64,000 bases of DNA from an uncultured Actinomycetes bacterium (GTDB lineage: Bacteria > Actinomycetota > Thermoleophilia > Gaiellales > Gaiellaceae): the NCBI GenBank assembly GCA_963720515.1, contig OY970397.1, positions 223,363-287,362 of the forward strand, given 5' to 3'. The notes beneath the pieces are model-generated. The model was not told where the DNA came from, did not search any database, and saw nothing but the letters and a program-made list of their open reading frames with translations. This document shows, piece by piece, positions 49,320 through 59,457 of this stretch (its first letter is position 1; every line of letters begins with the position of its first letter). The position numbers and the translations under genes are program-made.

Positions 49320-50000
49320 GGGCGCCGAGCGTCAACGGCGTCATCTACTGGACGGTCGGCAAGGGCCTCTTCGCGAGCATCGCAAGGGGGGTCGTGCGGA
49401 TGAAGGACTACGGGCGCGAGCGCGTCCCGCGCGACGGCGGCGCCGTCCTCGCGGTGAACCACGCCGCCTGGATCGACGTCCCCGTCGTCGGCACGCTCTG
49501 CCCGCGGCGCATCGTCTTCCTCGCCAAGGCCGAGGCGCACGCCGTCCCGGGGCTCGGCCCACTGATCCGGTCGTTCGGCACGCTCTCCGTGCGCCGCGGC
49601 GAGTCCGACCGGGAGGCGGTGCGGCTCGCGCGGGAGGCCGTACGGGAGAACAACCTCCTCGGCGTGTTCGTCGAGGGCACGCGGCAGCGGGGCGGCGAGC
49701 CGGGGAAGGCGATGCCGGGCGCCGCGATGATCGCCATGGCGGAGGGCGTCCCGGTCGTGCCGGCCGCGATCTACGGCTCGCACCTCTGGACGCCGACGAA
49801 CCGCGCGCCGATCTCGGTCGCGTGGGGCGAGCCGATGCGCTTCGAGCACCTGCCCCGAAACTCGAAGGGCTACAAGGCGGCGACGGCCGAGATCGAGGCG
49901 GAGATCCGGCGCCTGTGGGAGTTCCTCGGCGAGATGCACCGCCTGGGGCGCCCCGAAGGCGTGCCGCCGCGCCGGGCCGCGCTGCCGTCACGCACTGTGA
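49316..50000 (+). CDS. plsC: 1-acyl-sn-glycerol-3-phosphate acyltransferase; 3' end unresolved
   Basis: AVNHAAWIDVPV (HX4D-type motif)...VFVEGTRQRGG...PVVPAAIYG. Its frame has no stop until 50902, so a frame break near the plsC/der junction is likely. Confidence 0.75.
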
Positions 50001-50021
50001 GCGGCGACGCTCGTCGGGACG

Positions 50022-51314
50022 GTGGCGGTGGTCGGCTTCCCGAACGTCGGCAAGTCCACGCTCGTGAATCGGCTCTCCGCCACGCGTCAGGCGGTCGTCT
50101 TCGAGACGCCCGGCGTGACCCGGGACCGCAAGGAGGTCGTGTGCGAGTGGGCGGGCAAGAAGCTCCTGCTCGTGGACACGGGCGGCGTAGACGTGGCCGA
50201 CACCTCGCCGATCACGCGCCAGGTGGCCGAGCAGGCGCGCCGGGCGGTGGAGGCGGCCGACCTCGTCCTGTTCGTCGTGGACGCAAAGTTGGGCGTGACG
50301 CCGGGCGACGAGGAGGTGGCAGCAATCCTGCGCCGGTCCGGCAAGCCCGTGATCGTGCTCGCGAACAAGGTGGACGACCCGAGCCGCGACGACGACGCAC
50401 TCGAGTTCCACCGGCTCGGCCTCGGCGACCCGTTTCCCTCGTCCGCGCTGCACGGGCACGGCACCGGCGACCTGCTCGACCGGCTCGTCGCCGACCTCGG
50501 GGCGCTCGGCGCGGCGGCCCCGGCCGAGGTGGGGGAGGAGGCTATCCGCGTGGCGGTGCTCGGGCGGCCGAACGTCGGCAAGTCGAGCCTCGTGAACACG
50601 ATCGCGGGCGAGGAGCGGGTGATCGTCTCCGACGTGCCGGGGACGACGCGCGACGCGATCGACACGGTCGTCCGCCGCGGCGACGAGACGTTCCTCTTCG
50701 TGGACACGGCGGGCCTGCGGCGGAAGCGCCGGCAGCGGCAGGGGATCGAGTACTACTCCGAGCTCCGTGCGATCCAGGCGGCGGAGCGGGCCGACGTCGC
50801 GCTCGTCCTCGTGGACGCGACCGAGGGCCTCGTCGACCAGGACCTGGCCGTGGCCGACGTGGCCCGGAACGCCGGGTGCTCGACGCTCGTCGTGCTGTCT
50901 AAGTGGGACGAGTCGGAGATCGACGTCGAGGACGTCCGGCCGAAGCTCGAGGACCGTCTGCGCCAGCGCCCGCCGGTCGTCACGGTCTCGGCCAAGACGA
51001 AGCGCGGCGTGCACCGCCTGCTCGACCGCGTCGCCGAGCTCTACGCCAAGCACACGGCGCGGATCCAGACCGCCGAGCTGAACAAGGCCATCCAGGATCT
51101 CCGAGCGCAGCGGCCGGGCCCGAGCAAGGCGGGGCGGCGGCTGAACCTGCTCTACGGCACGCAGGTGGAGACGCGCCCGCCGCGCTTTCGCATCTTCGTG
51201 AACGATCCCGGTCTCATGACCCGCGACTACGGCTACTGGGTCGAGAACCGCCTCCGGGAGCGCTTCGGCCTCTCCGGGGTTCCCGTCATCATCGACTTCG
51301 TGCGGCGCGGATGA
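50022..51314 (+). CDS. der: ribosome-associated GTPase Der (EngA)
   Basis: Two G domains (GFPNVGKSTLVNRL and GRPNVGKSSLVN) plus a KH-like tail. The true start may be GTG 49997 in another frame. Confidence 0.92.
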   Translation: MAVVGFPNVGKSTLVNRLSATRQAVVFETPGVTRDRKEVVCEWAGKKLLLVDTGGVDVADTSPITRQVAEQARRAVEAADLVLFVVDAKLGVTPGDEEVAAILRRSGKPVIVLANKVDDPSRDDDALEFHRLGLGDPFPSSALHGHGTGDLLDRLVADLGALGAAAPAEVGEEAIRVAVLGRPNVGKSSLVNTIAGEERVIVSDVPGTTRDAIDTVVRRGDETFLFVDTAGLRRKRRQRQGIEYYSELRAIQAAERADVALVLVDATEGLVDQDLAVADVARNAGCSTLVVLSKWDESEIDVEDVRPKLEDRLRQRPPVVTVSAKTKRGVHRLLDRVAELYAKHTARIQTAELNKAIQDLRAQRPGPSKAGRRLNLLYGTQVETRPPRFRIFVNDPGLMTRDYGYWVENRLRERFGLSGVPVIIDFVRRG

Positions 51315-51339
51315 CCCACGCGGCCCCGTCCCAACCGGC

Positions 51340-51467
51340 CATGTCCTCGGCGAGGCGCACTCCCCCCTTGGGGGCGCGCGGGCCCCAGCACGAACGCTAT
51401 CGAGGCCGGGCGCGCGTGTCTGTCACGGAACTGCGCCGATTGTGTGCCGATCGCTCCACAGGCGGTG
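51340..51467 (-). repeat. intergenic element family, copy E (hairpin module type 1)
   Basis: Minus-strand reading: CCTGTGGAGCGATCGGCACACAATCGGCGCAGTTCCGTGACAGACA-17 nt-TAGCGT-TCGTGCTGGGGCCCGCGCGCCCCCAAGGGGGGAGTGCGCCTCGCCGAGGACATGGCC. Confidence 0.85.
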
Positions 51468-51474
51468 GGCGGCC

Positions 51475-52434
51475 GTGAGAATCGCGGTCCTCGGCGGCGG
51501 GTCGTGGGGATCGGCGGTCGCCGCGCTCCTCGCCGAGGAGCACCACGACGTCACGCTCGTCTGCCGCGACCCGGAGCAGGCGCGCACGATCTCCGAGACC
51601 GGTCGGAACCCGCGCTACCTGCGCGACCTCGACCTCTCCGCCGTCCGCGCGGTCTCGTTCGAGGACGCCGACCTCGCCTCCGCGGAGCTCTTCGCGATCG
51701 CGGTGCCGAGCCGCGCCTTCCGCGAGGTCGTCGAGGGGCTCCCGCCGAACGACGCGCCCGTGCTCTCCCTGGTGAAGGGCCTCGATCCCGCGTCCGGCGG
51801 GCGCCTCTCGCGCGTCGTCCGTGACCGGCCGGTCGCCGTCCTCTCGGGGCCCAACCACGCGGAGGAGATCGCCGCCGGCCTGCCCGCCGCCGCCGTGATC
51901 GCGAGCGACGACGAGGCGCTCGCGACGCGTCTCCAGCACGCGGTCTTCACGCCGCGCTTCCGCGTCTACGTGAACACCGACTTGGTCGGCGTCGAGCTTT
52001 GCGCGGCGGCGAAGAACGTGATCGCGCTCGGCGCGGGCGCCGTGGACGGGCTCGGCATGGGCGACAACGGCAAGGCGGCGCTCATGACGCGCGGCCTCGC
52101 CGAGATGGTGCGGCTCGGTGACGCGGCCGGGGCGCGGCCCGAAACCTTCTCCGGCCTCGCCGGGATGGGCGACCTCATGGTCACCTGCTGGAGCCGTCAC
52201 AGCCGCAACCGCCGCGCCGGCGAGCTGATCGCGCGCGGCGCGTCCCCCGACGAGGCCAGGGCCGAGATCGCGATGGCCGTCGAGGGCCTGACGACCGCAC
52301 CGATCCTCCGCGACCTCGGCCGCAGCCTCGGAACCGAGCTCCCGATCACCGAGGCGGTGTGCGACGTCCTCGACGGCGCGTCGCCGCGTGAGGCCGTCGC
52401 GGATCTCATGGGCAGAGCCCCCACAGGGGAGTAG
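51475..52434 (+). CDS. gpsA: NAD(P)H-dependent glycerol-3-phosphate dehydrogenase
   Basis: VRIAVLGGGSWGSAVAALLA...GRNPRYL...AAKNVIALGAG. Confidence 0.92.
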   Translation: MRIAVLGGGSWGSAVAALLAEEHHDVTLVCRDPEQARTISETGRNPRYLRDLDLSAVRAVSFEDADLASAELFAIAVPSRAFREVVEGLPPNDAPVLSLVKGLDPASGGRLSRVVRDRPVAVLSGPNHAEEIAAGLPAAAVIASDDEALATRLQHAVFTPRFRVYVNTDLVGVELCAAAKNVIALGAGAVDGLGMGDNGKAALMTRGLAEMVRLGDAAGARPETFSGLAGMGDLMVTCWSRHSRNRRAGELIARGASPDEARAEIAMAVEGLTTAPILRDLGRSLGTELPITEAVCDVLDGASPREAVADLMGRAPTGE

Positions 52435-52466
52435 CGGCCGCCCGGGGCGGCATCTACCCTCAGGTC

Positions 52467-53912
52467 GTGCGATCGCTCCGACTCACGATCGGCCTCGCCG
52501 CCGTCCTCGCCTCGCTCGCCGTCGCCGGCTGCGGCGGCCAGAGCGCGGCGCCGACAAGCGCGGGCGCGTCGCTCGCGCCGGCCACGACTGCGGTGCTCGT
52601 GAGCGTCGACACGAATTTCGACGCCGCATCCTGGTCGCAGTTCCAGTCCCAGCTCGAGCAGCTCGGCGGGGAGGATCTTCTCTCGAATGCGTTCGGCGGC
52701 GACGGTCTCGACCTCGAGCGCGACGTGGAGCCCGCCCTCGGCCCCGAGACCTACGTGGTCGTGCTCAGCCTCGCCGACGAGACGAGCACCATCCTCCTCA
52801 CGCAGCCGAACGATCCGGCGAAACTCCAAGCGCTCGTGGAGAAGAGCGGCGAGCCCGCCGTGACGCGCGAGATCGAAGGCTGGTCAGCTGTCGCCGACAC
52901 CGAGGCGGCGCTCGATCGCTTCGAGGCGGCGCGCGAGCGCGGCACGCTCGAAGGCGAGGACGACTACCGCGATGCGACCGAGGACCTTCCCGGGGACGCG
53001 CTCGCGACCGTCTACCTCTCGGGGGCGGCCGCCGCGCAGGCGCAGGGCATGACGGGCGCCGGCGCGGACGACAAGACGCTCGCGTGCATCTTCGGTTCCG
53101 ACGACGGCGTTCCATCGAGCGCGTTCGCGCTGACGTCCCAGACGGACGGGCTGCGGCTCGTCGGCACGTCCGGGGGCTCGCCACTCACGGGCAACGCGTC
53201 CAAGGCGGCCGAGAATTCGCTTCCCGAGAGGGTGCCGGCCGGCGCGCTCGCGTTCATCGAGGCGCACGAGCTCGGCGACACGCTCGCGCGCGCGATCGGC
53301 TGCAGCGCCGGCAAGGAGAACGCCATGGCGCTCGGCCTCGTCGAGAGCGCGCTCGGGCAGCCGCTCGAGCAGGCGGCGAAGTCGCTCTTCGCCGGCGAGA
53401 CGGCGATCCTCGTCTATCCGCCGAAGAACCCCGAGCAGGACGGTTTCAAGTCGTTCGCGCTCGTCACGCAGGTGGACGACGGCGAGAAGGCGCTCGAGCT
53501 CGTTGACCACGTGGCGCAGGTGGCGAAGACGTTCGAGCCGGAGCTCACGTTCTCCATGACGAAGGGCGTGAACGGGTGGCAGCTCCGCATACTCGGCTAC
53601 GAGGACACGGAGGTGACGTTCGCCGTGAAGGACGATCTCCTGGTCGTGACGCCCGACCCGCTGGTCGTCGGCCGCTTCGCCGATGACGGCGAGCGCCTCG
53701 CGGACAGCGCCGGCTACAGGGACACGCTCGCTGCCGCGGGCACGCCGGACGAGACCTCGGGCCTCGCCTGGGTGGACGTTCCGGGCATCGCGAAGCTCTT
53801 CGGCGGAGGCGGCGGCGAGGCCAAGGCGCTCAAGTCGCTGGGCGGCCTCGTCCTCTGGAGCGAGCCCAAGGGCGACCGGGTTGGCATCGAGGGCTTTCTC
53901 CAGATCGGCTAG
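52467..53912 (+). CDS. putative lipoprotein, function unknown
   Basis: Signal peptide with lipobox LAVAGC. 481 aa with no motif I can assign. Confidence 0.7.
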   Translation: MRSLRLTIGLAAVLASLAVAGCGGQSAAPTSAGASLAPATTAVLVSVDTNFDAASWSQFQSQLEQLGGEDLLSNAFGGDGLDLERDVEPALGPETYVVVLSLADETSTILLTQPNDPAKLQALVEKSGEPAVTREIEGWSAVADTEAALDRFEAARERGTLEGEDDYRDATEDLPGDALATVYLSGAAAAQAQGMTGAGADDKTLACIFGSDDGVPSSAFALTSQTDGLRLVGTSGGSPLTGNASKAAENSLPERVPAGALAFIEAHELGDTLARAIGCSAGKENAMALGLVESALGQPLEQAAKSLFAGETAILVYPPKNPEQDGFKSFALVTQVDDGEKALELVDHVAQVAKTFEPELTFSMTKGVNGWQLRILGYEDTEVTFAVKDDLLVVTPDPLVVGRFADDGERLADSAGYRDTLAAAGTPDETSGLAWVDVPGIAKLFGGGGGEAKALKSLGGLVLWSEPKGDRVGIEGFLQIG

Positions 53913-53923
53913 CGTTCCCGCCC

Positions 53924-55201
53924 ATGTCCGACTCCTCCTTCTCCCGGCGCGACGGCGAGCGCGCGCACGAGTTCCTCTTCACCTCCGAGTCCGTCACGGA
54001 GGGGCACCCCGACAAGGTGGCCGACCAGATCTCCGACTCGGTGCTGGACGCCGTCCTCGCGGACGACCCGCAGGGCCGCGTCGCGTGCGAGACGCTCGTC
54101 ACGACGGGCCTCGTGGTCGTCGCGGGCGAGATCACCACCGAGACCTACGTGGACATCCCGCGGCTCGTCCGCGACAAGATCGCCGCGATCGGCTACGACC
54201 GCGCGAAGTACGGCTTCGACGCGCATACGTGCGGCGTCGTCGTCGCGATCGACGAGCAGTCGCCCGACATCGCCCGCGGCGTGGACGCCTCCTACGAGGC
54301 GCAGCACGGCGACGAGGATCCACTCGACCGGATCGGCGCCGGCGACCAGGGGATGATGTTCGGCTACGCCTGCACCGAGACCGAGGAGCTGATGCCGCTC
54401 CCGATCATGCTCGCGCACGGGATGACGCGGAAGCTCGCCGAGGTGCGGCGCGACCAGTCGCTCGCGTACCTGCGGCCGGACGGGAAGTCGCAGGTGACGG
54501 TGCGCTACGAGGTGGACGAGCACGGCCGGCAGAAGCCCGCCGAGATCGAGCGCGTGCTCATCTCGACGCAGCACCGCGAGGGGCTCGACATGGGCGACCT
54601 CAAGCGCGACCTCATCGAGCACGTCATCGGCCCGGTGCTCGCCGCGCGGCCGGACCTCTGCGACGAGCGGAAGCTCGCCGACCCGGACTTCGTCTACGTG
54701 AACCCGACCGGCAACTTCGTGATCGGGGGCCCGATGGGCGACTCCGGCGTCACCGGCCGCAAGATCATCGTGGACACGTACGGCGGCATGGCCCGCCACG
54801 GCGGCGGCGCGTTCTCCGGCAAGGATCCGACCAAGGTCGACCGCTCGGCCGCCTACGCGGCGCGCTACGCGGCGAAGAACGTCGTGGCCGCAGGCCTGGC
54901 CGACCGGTGCGAGCTCCAGGTCGCGTACGCGATCGGCGTCGCGCACCCGGTCTCGGTCTCGGTGGACTGCTTCGGCACGGAGCGGCTGCCGACCGGGCAG
55001 ATCGAGGCGCTCGTCCGCGAGCACGTCGACCTGCGCCCCGGCGCGATCCTCCGCGACCTCGACCTGCGGCGCCCGATCTACGCGGCCACCGCGGCGTACG
55101 GGCATTTCGGCCGCGTGGAGCCCGAGTTCACCTGGGAGCGCACGGACAAGGCCGACGCGCTCCGCCGGGCCGCGGGCGTCGCCGAGCCCGTCGCGTCCTA
55201 G
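53924..55201 (+). CDS. metK: S-adenosylmethionine synthase
   Basis: [20 protein letters not shown]...[12 protein letters not shown]...[19 protein letters not shown]. Confidence 0.96.
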   Translation: MSDSSFSRRDGERAHEFLFTSESVTEGHPDKVADQISDSVLDAVLADDPQGRVACETLVTTGLVVVAGEITTETYVDIPRLVRDKIAAIGYDRAKYGFDAHTCGVVVAIDEQSPDIARGVDASYEAQHGDEDPLDRIGAGDQGMMFGYACTETEELMPLPIMLAHGMTRKLAEVRRDQSLAYLRPDGKSQVTVRYEVDEHGRQKPAEIERVLISTQHREGLDMGDLKRDLIEHVIGPVLAARPDLCDERKLADPDFVYVNPTGNFVIGGPMGDSGVTGRKIIVDTYGGMARHGGGAFSGKDPTKVDRSAAYAARYAAKNVVAAGLADRCELQVAYAIGVAHPVSVSVDCFGTERLPTGQIEALVREHVDLRPGAILRDLDLRRPIYAATAAYGHFGRVEPEFTWERTDKADALRRAAGVAEPVAS

Positions 55202-55254
55202 CGCCTCCGGCTCCGGCTCCGGCGCACGAGCCGCGCTCCGCGCCCGCACCGGCA

Positions 55255-55385
55255 CCGGCTGTGGACGAACCGGCACAGACTCGGCACGGTCCCGTGACAG
55301 ACACGCGCGCCCGGCCCCGATAGCGTTCGTGCTGGGGCCCGCGCGCCCCCCAAGGGGGGAGTGCGCCTCGCCGGGGACATGGCTC
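55255..55385 (+). repeat. intergenic element family, copy F (hairpin module type 1)
   Basis: GCTGTGGACGAACCGGCACAGACTCGGCACGGTCCCGTGACAGACA (CAGACA 55298-55303)-17 nt-TAGCGT (55321-55326)-TCGTGCTGGGGCCCGCGCGCCCCCCAAGGGGGGAGTGCGCCTCGCCGGGGACATGGC. Confidence 0.85.
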
Positions 55386-55426
55386 CGGCGGACGGGTCTG
55401 AAAGGGCGTGCGAGGGCGCGGCGGCG

Positions 55427-56101
55427 CTACGCGGCGCGGACGAACAGCCCGGCGGCGGCCTTCTCGCCGAAGGAGAGCTCCTCGCCGTCTCGCCCGACGC
55501 GGAACGTCCCGTCCTCGACCGCGCGGAGCTCGACCTTCGTCCCCGGCGCGAGGCCCGCGTCGTAGTACCAGTGGAGGAGCTCGCCGTCGTGCTCGGCGAG
55601 CCGCACGACCTCCGCCTTCGACCCCGGCTCGAGCTCGGCGAGGGCCTGGAGCTCCTTGTTCTCGGCCTGCTCGAACGTCGTGTCCACCGGCCAGCCATGC
55701 GGGCAGCGCTCGGGATTCCCGAGCTTCTCGGAGATCCGCTCGATCATCTCGTCCGTGAAGGTGTCGCCCAGGAGGTCGGCCTGCACGTGCGACTCCGCCG
55801 GCGTGTAGCCCATGAAGTCCGTGAGGAGCCGCTCGATCAGCCGGTGCCGGCGCACGACGCGCTCGGCGAGGTCGCGGCCCTTCGGCGTCAGGATCGCCTC
55901 CTTCTGCTCGCCGCGCTCGACGAGCCCCTCGGCCTCGAGCCGCTTCAGCATCTCGCCCGCCGACGCCCGCGAGACGCCGAGCATGTCGGCCACGCGCACC
56001 GCGAGCGTGGGCGCGCCCTTCGTCGCCGGGTGGTACTCGCCGATCGGGAACGCGAGGAAGTAGATCGTCTCGATGTAGTCCTCGACCGAATGCCCTGCCA
56101 T
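55427..56101 (-). CDS. DtxR/IdeR/MntR family metal-dependent transcriptional regulator with FeoA/SH3-like C-terminal domain
   Basis: SVEDYIETIYFL...RVADMLGVSRASAGEMLKRLEAEGLV...RRHRLIERLL...CPHG. Confidence 0.88.
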   Translation of the reverse strand: MAGHSVEDYIETIYFLAFPIGEYHPATKGAPTLAVRVADMLGVSRASAGEMLKRLEAEGLVERGEQKEAILTPKGRDLAERVVRRHRLIERLLTDFMGYTPAESHVQADLLGDTFTDEMIERISEKLGNPERCPHGWPVDTTFEQAENKELQALAELEPGSKAEVVRLAEHDGELLHWYYDAGLAPGTKVELRAVEDGTFRVGRDGEELSFGEKAAAGLFVRAA

Positions 56102-56142
56102 GGAGCCGATTCTAGGGCGCCGTCCTCGCCTGGGGCGATCCT

Positions 56143-58080
56143 GTGTCCGTGAGCCGCTACGCCTCGGTCGTGCCGCTCGTGTCCACGCGCGCCCTCGCGC
56201 GGCCGTTCACGTACCTCGTGGACGACGCCGAGGTCGGGACGATCGTCTCCGTCCCGTTCGGCCGTGCGCGGCGCCGCGGGGTGGTCGTCGCCCTCGACGA
56301 CGCGCCTCCGCCCGACGTCGAGCCGGTCGCGGTCGAGGCGGTCATCGGTGCCGTCCCGCCCGCACTCGTCGCCCTCGCACTCTGGCTCGCCGACTACTAC
56401 GGCTCGACGCCGGCCCGCGCGCTCGCGCTCGTCGCGCCGCCTTCGCGCGCCCGCCGGGCAGGGGCGAAGCGTCGTGCCGTCCCCGAGGATCCCCCCGGCG
56501 AGGCCGCGCCCGCCGCGCTCACCGCGTCGCAGGAGGTCGCCCTCGCCCGGATCGTCGGCGCGCTCGGCTCGACCGCGCACGTCCTCCTCCACGGCGCGAC
56601 CGGGAGCGGCAAGACGGAGGTGTACCTCCGCGCCTGCGAGGCGGCCCTCGCGCGCGGGCGCGGCGCGATCGTGCTCGTTCCCGAGATCGCGCTCACGCCG
56701 CAGACCGCCGGCCGGTTCCGCACCCGCTTCGGGGATCGTGTCGCCGTGCTCCATTCGCGGCTCACAGAGGCCGAGCGCCGCGACGAGCGCGCCCGCATCG
56801 CGGCCGGCGAGGCCCGCGTCGTCGTCGGCGCGCGCTCGGCGATCTTCGCGCCCGTCGAAGGCCTCGGGCTCGTCTGCGTGGACGAGGAGCACGACGCGTC
56901 GTACAAGCAGGACTCGGACCCGCGCTACGACGCCCGCACCGTCGCGGCGAAGCGGGCGGCGCTCGAGGACGCGGTCGTCGTCTACGGCTCCGCAACCCCG
57001 CGCCCGGAGAGCTGGGCGCGGCTCGAGCGGCTCGACCTCGGCGCCCGTCTCGGCGCGCCGATGCCGCCCGTGAAGATCGTGGATCTCCGCCGCGAGACCG
57101 GCTACCCGCTCTCCACGCCGCTCCTCGCCGCGCTCGGCGCGGTCGCCGACGCGCGCGGCAAGGCCGTGCTCCTCCTGAACCGACGCGGCGTCGCGCCCGC
57201 GCTCCACTGCCGCGCCTGCGGCCTCACCGAACGCTGCGAGCTCTGCGACGTCGCGCTGACGCTCCACGCGGACGGGCGCCTCCACTGCCATCACTGCGGC
57301 GCGGCGCGGCAGGCGCCCGAGGTCTGCCGGAGCTGCGGCGCGGCCGAGGTCGCGCGCCTCGGCTCGGGCACGGAGCACCTGGAGGCCGAGCTGGCCGCGC
57401 GGGTCCCCGAGCTCGATCTGTTCCGCCTCGACGCGGACACGACCGCGCAGCCGGGGCGGCTCGCCGAGACGCTCGCGCGCTTCCGCGAGACCGACGGCGC
57501 GGTGCTCCTCGGCACGCAGATGGTCGCCAAGGGCCACCACTTCCAGGGCGTGTCCCTCGCCGCCGTGGTCGATGCGGACACGGGGCTCGGCCTGCCCGAC
57601 TTCCGCGCCGAGGAGCGCACGTTCCAGCTCGTGACGCAGCTCGCGGGGCGCAGCGGCCGCGACGCGCCGGGGCGCGTGATCGTGCAGACGTACCAGCCGG
57701 ACGCGCGGCCGATCGCCCTCGCCGCGCGCCACGCGGTGGACGAGTTCCTCGCGGGCGAGCTCGCCCGGCGCGAGCTGCTCGGCTACCCGCCGTACCGCCA
57801 GCTCGTCCGGATCGTGGTCTCCGGGCCGACCCCGGACGGCCCGCTCGCCGTGCTCGGCCAGCTCCGGGCGCGGCTCGACGGCGTCGAAGGCGTCGACCTG
57901 CTCGGCCCGGCGCCGCTTCTGCGCCTCCGCGGCCGCTCGCGCGCGCAGCTCCTGGCGAAGACGGACACGCCGCGCCGCGTCGCGCTCCCCGCCGGGCGGC
58001 TGCTCGCGGCCGCGGCCGCCGCGATGCGGAAGGACGGCCTGGCGGTTTCAGTGGACGTCGAGCCGCAGCACCAGGGCTAG
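56143..58080 (+). CDS. priA: primosomal protein N' (replication restart helicase PriA)
   Basis: LHGATGSGKTEVY (Walker A), VDEEHD, and the Cys-rich zinc region CRACG...CELCD...CHHCG...CRSCG. Confidence 0.92.
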   Translation: MSVSRYASVVPLVSTRALARPFTYLVDDAEVGTIVSVPFGRARRRGVVVALDDAPPPDVEPVAVEAVIGAVPPALVALALWLADYYGSTPARALALVAPPSRARRAGAKRRAVPEDPPGEAAPAALTASQEVALARIVGALGSTAHVLLHGATGSGKTEVYLRACEAALARGRGAIVLVPEIALTPQTAGRFRTRFGDRVAVLHSRLTEAERRDERARIAAGEARVVVGARSAIFAPVEGLGLVCVDEEHDASYKQDSDPRYDARTVAAKRAALEDAVVVYGSATPRPESWARLERLDLGARLGAPMPPVKIVDLRRETGYPLSTPLLAALGAVADARGKAVLLLNRRGVAPALHCRACGLTERCELCDVALTLHADGRLHCHHCGAARQAPEVCRSCGAAEVARLGSGTEHLEAELAARVPELDLFRLDADTTAQPGRLAETLARFRETDGAVLLGTQMVAKGHHFQGVSLAAVVDADTGLGLPDFRAEERTFQLVTQLAGRSGRDAPGRVIVQTYQPDARPIALAARHAVDEFLAGELARRELLGYPPYRQLVRIVVSGPTPDGPLAVLGQLRARLDGVEGVDLLGPAPLLRLRGRSRAQLLAKTDTPRRVALPAGRLLAAAAAAMRKDGLAVSVDVEPQHQG

Positions 58081-58092
58081 ACTGGCGCGTCG

Positions 58093-58671
58093 ATGGCCGA
58101 GGAGATCGAGGGGCAGGTCCGCGAGGGCGAGGAGCTCGACGCCGAGCGCGAAGGGCGGCGCCGGCTCGCGCTCGCGCAGGTTCGGCAGTACCCGGACCCA
58201 GTCCTGCGGCTGCGCGCCCGCGAGGTGACCGAGTTCGACGACGCGCTCGCCTCGCTCGTCGACCGCATGGGGCGGCTCATGAACGACGCGCGCGGCGTCG
58301 GGCTTGCGGCGCCGCAGCTCGGCCTGTCCCAGCGCGTGCTCGTCTACCAGATCGCCGAGGACAGCCCGGTCGTAGCGCTCGTGAACCCGACCATCGTGGA
58401 GTCCTCCGAGGAGACCGAGACGGGCGACGAGGGCTGCCTGTCGCTCGGCGCGGCGACGATCGCCGTCCCGGTCGAGCGGCCCGTGCGGATCACGGTCGAG
58501 GCCGTGGACGCCGCCGGGGAGCCGATCCGCGCCGAGGCCGAGGGGCTCGAGGCGCGCGTGATCCAGCACGAGCTCGACCACCTGGACGGCGTGCTCACGA
58601 TCGACCGGACGACGCCCGAGGCGAAGCGGGACGCGCTCGCCAAGCTGCGCCCGCAGCCCGTTCTCGGGTGA
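58093..58671 (+). CDS. def: peptide deformylase
   Basis: GVGLAAPQLG...EGCLS...HELDHLDG. Confidence 0.95.
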   Translation: MAEEIEGQVREGEELDAEREGRRRLALAQVRQYPDPVLRLRAREVTEFDDALASLVDRMGRLMNDARGVGLAAPQLGLSQRVLVYQIAEDSPVVALVNPTIVESSEETETGDEGCLSLGAATIAVPVERPVRITVEAVDAAGEPIRAEAEGLEARVIQHELDHLDGVLTIDRTTPEAKRDALAKLRPQPVLG

Positions 58672-59457
58672 AGATCGACGTCGCGGCGACCGCCCCGCTG
58701 GGGGCGGCCGTGCTCGAAGGGCTTGCCGAGCGCGGACGACGTCGAGCTGCTCGTCACGCGGCCGGACCGCCCGCGCGGGCGGGGCCGGAAGCTCGGCGCG
58801 CCGCCGGCCAAGGAGGTCGCCGAGCGGCTCGGCATCCCGGTGGAGCAGCCGGAGCGGCTGGACGACTGGCCCGGCGACGCGCCGGTCGTGGTCGTCGCCG
58901 CGTACGGGGCGCTGATTCCCTCGGCGCTGCTCGAGGACCGGCTCTGGCTGAACGTCCATCCGTCGCTCCTGCCGCGCTGGCGCGGGGCGGCGCCGGTCGA
59001 GCGCGCGATCATGGCCGGCGACGCGGAGACCGGCGTGACGATCCACCGGACGACCGCCGAGCTCGACGCGGGGCCGATCGCCGCGCAGCGGGCGTTCCCG
59101 ATCGGGCCGGACGACGACGCGGGCGTCGTGTACGAGCGGGCGGCCGCGACCGCGCTCGAGCTGCTCGACGAGGTGCTGCCCGAGCCGGCCTTCCAGCCGC
59201 AGCCGGAGGAGGGCGCGACCTACGCCGAGAAGATCGGGCCGAAGGACCGCGAGCTCGACTGGTCGCGCCCGCCGCAGGAGCTGCACGACCGGATCCGCGG
59301 GTTGGCGCCGCACATCGGCGCCCGCGGCGAGGTCGAGGGCCGCCCCGTGATCGTGTGGCGCTCGCGCCTTGTGGACGGCGGACTCGAGATCCTCGAGGTC
59401 CAGCCGGAGGGCGGGAAGCGCATGCCGCTCGAAGCCTTCCGCCGCGGTCTCCGGTGA
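58668..59457 (+). CDS. fmt: methionyl-tRNA formyltransferase, frame broken once near 58735
   Basis: GTGA overlap with def. VKIDVAATAPLGAAVLEGLAERG, then DDVELLVTRPDRPRGRGRK...HPSLLPRWRGAAP in the frame of ORF 58723..59457. Confidence 0.88.

Noticed and set aside
51340-51478. An apparently conserved small ORF inside the type 1 element copies (MSSARRTPPLGARGPQ..., MSPARRTPPLGG..., MSPPRRTPPLGERAS...).
   Set aside because: Single-base indels between copies change the frame after about 12 codons. Copy D hits a stop inside the -10-like hexamer. Lengths and C-termini are unrelated, so conservation is at the nucleotide level, not the protein level.
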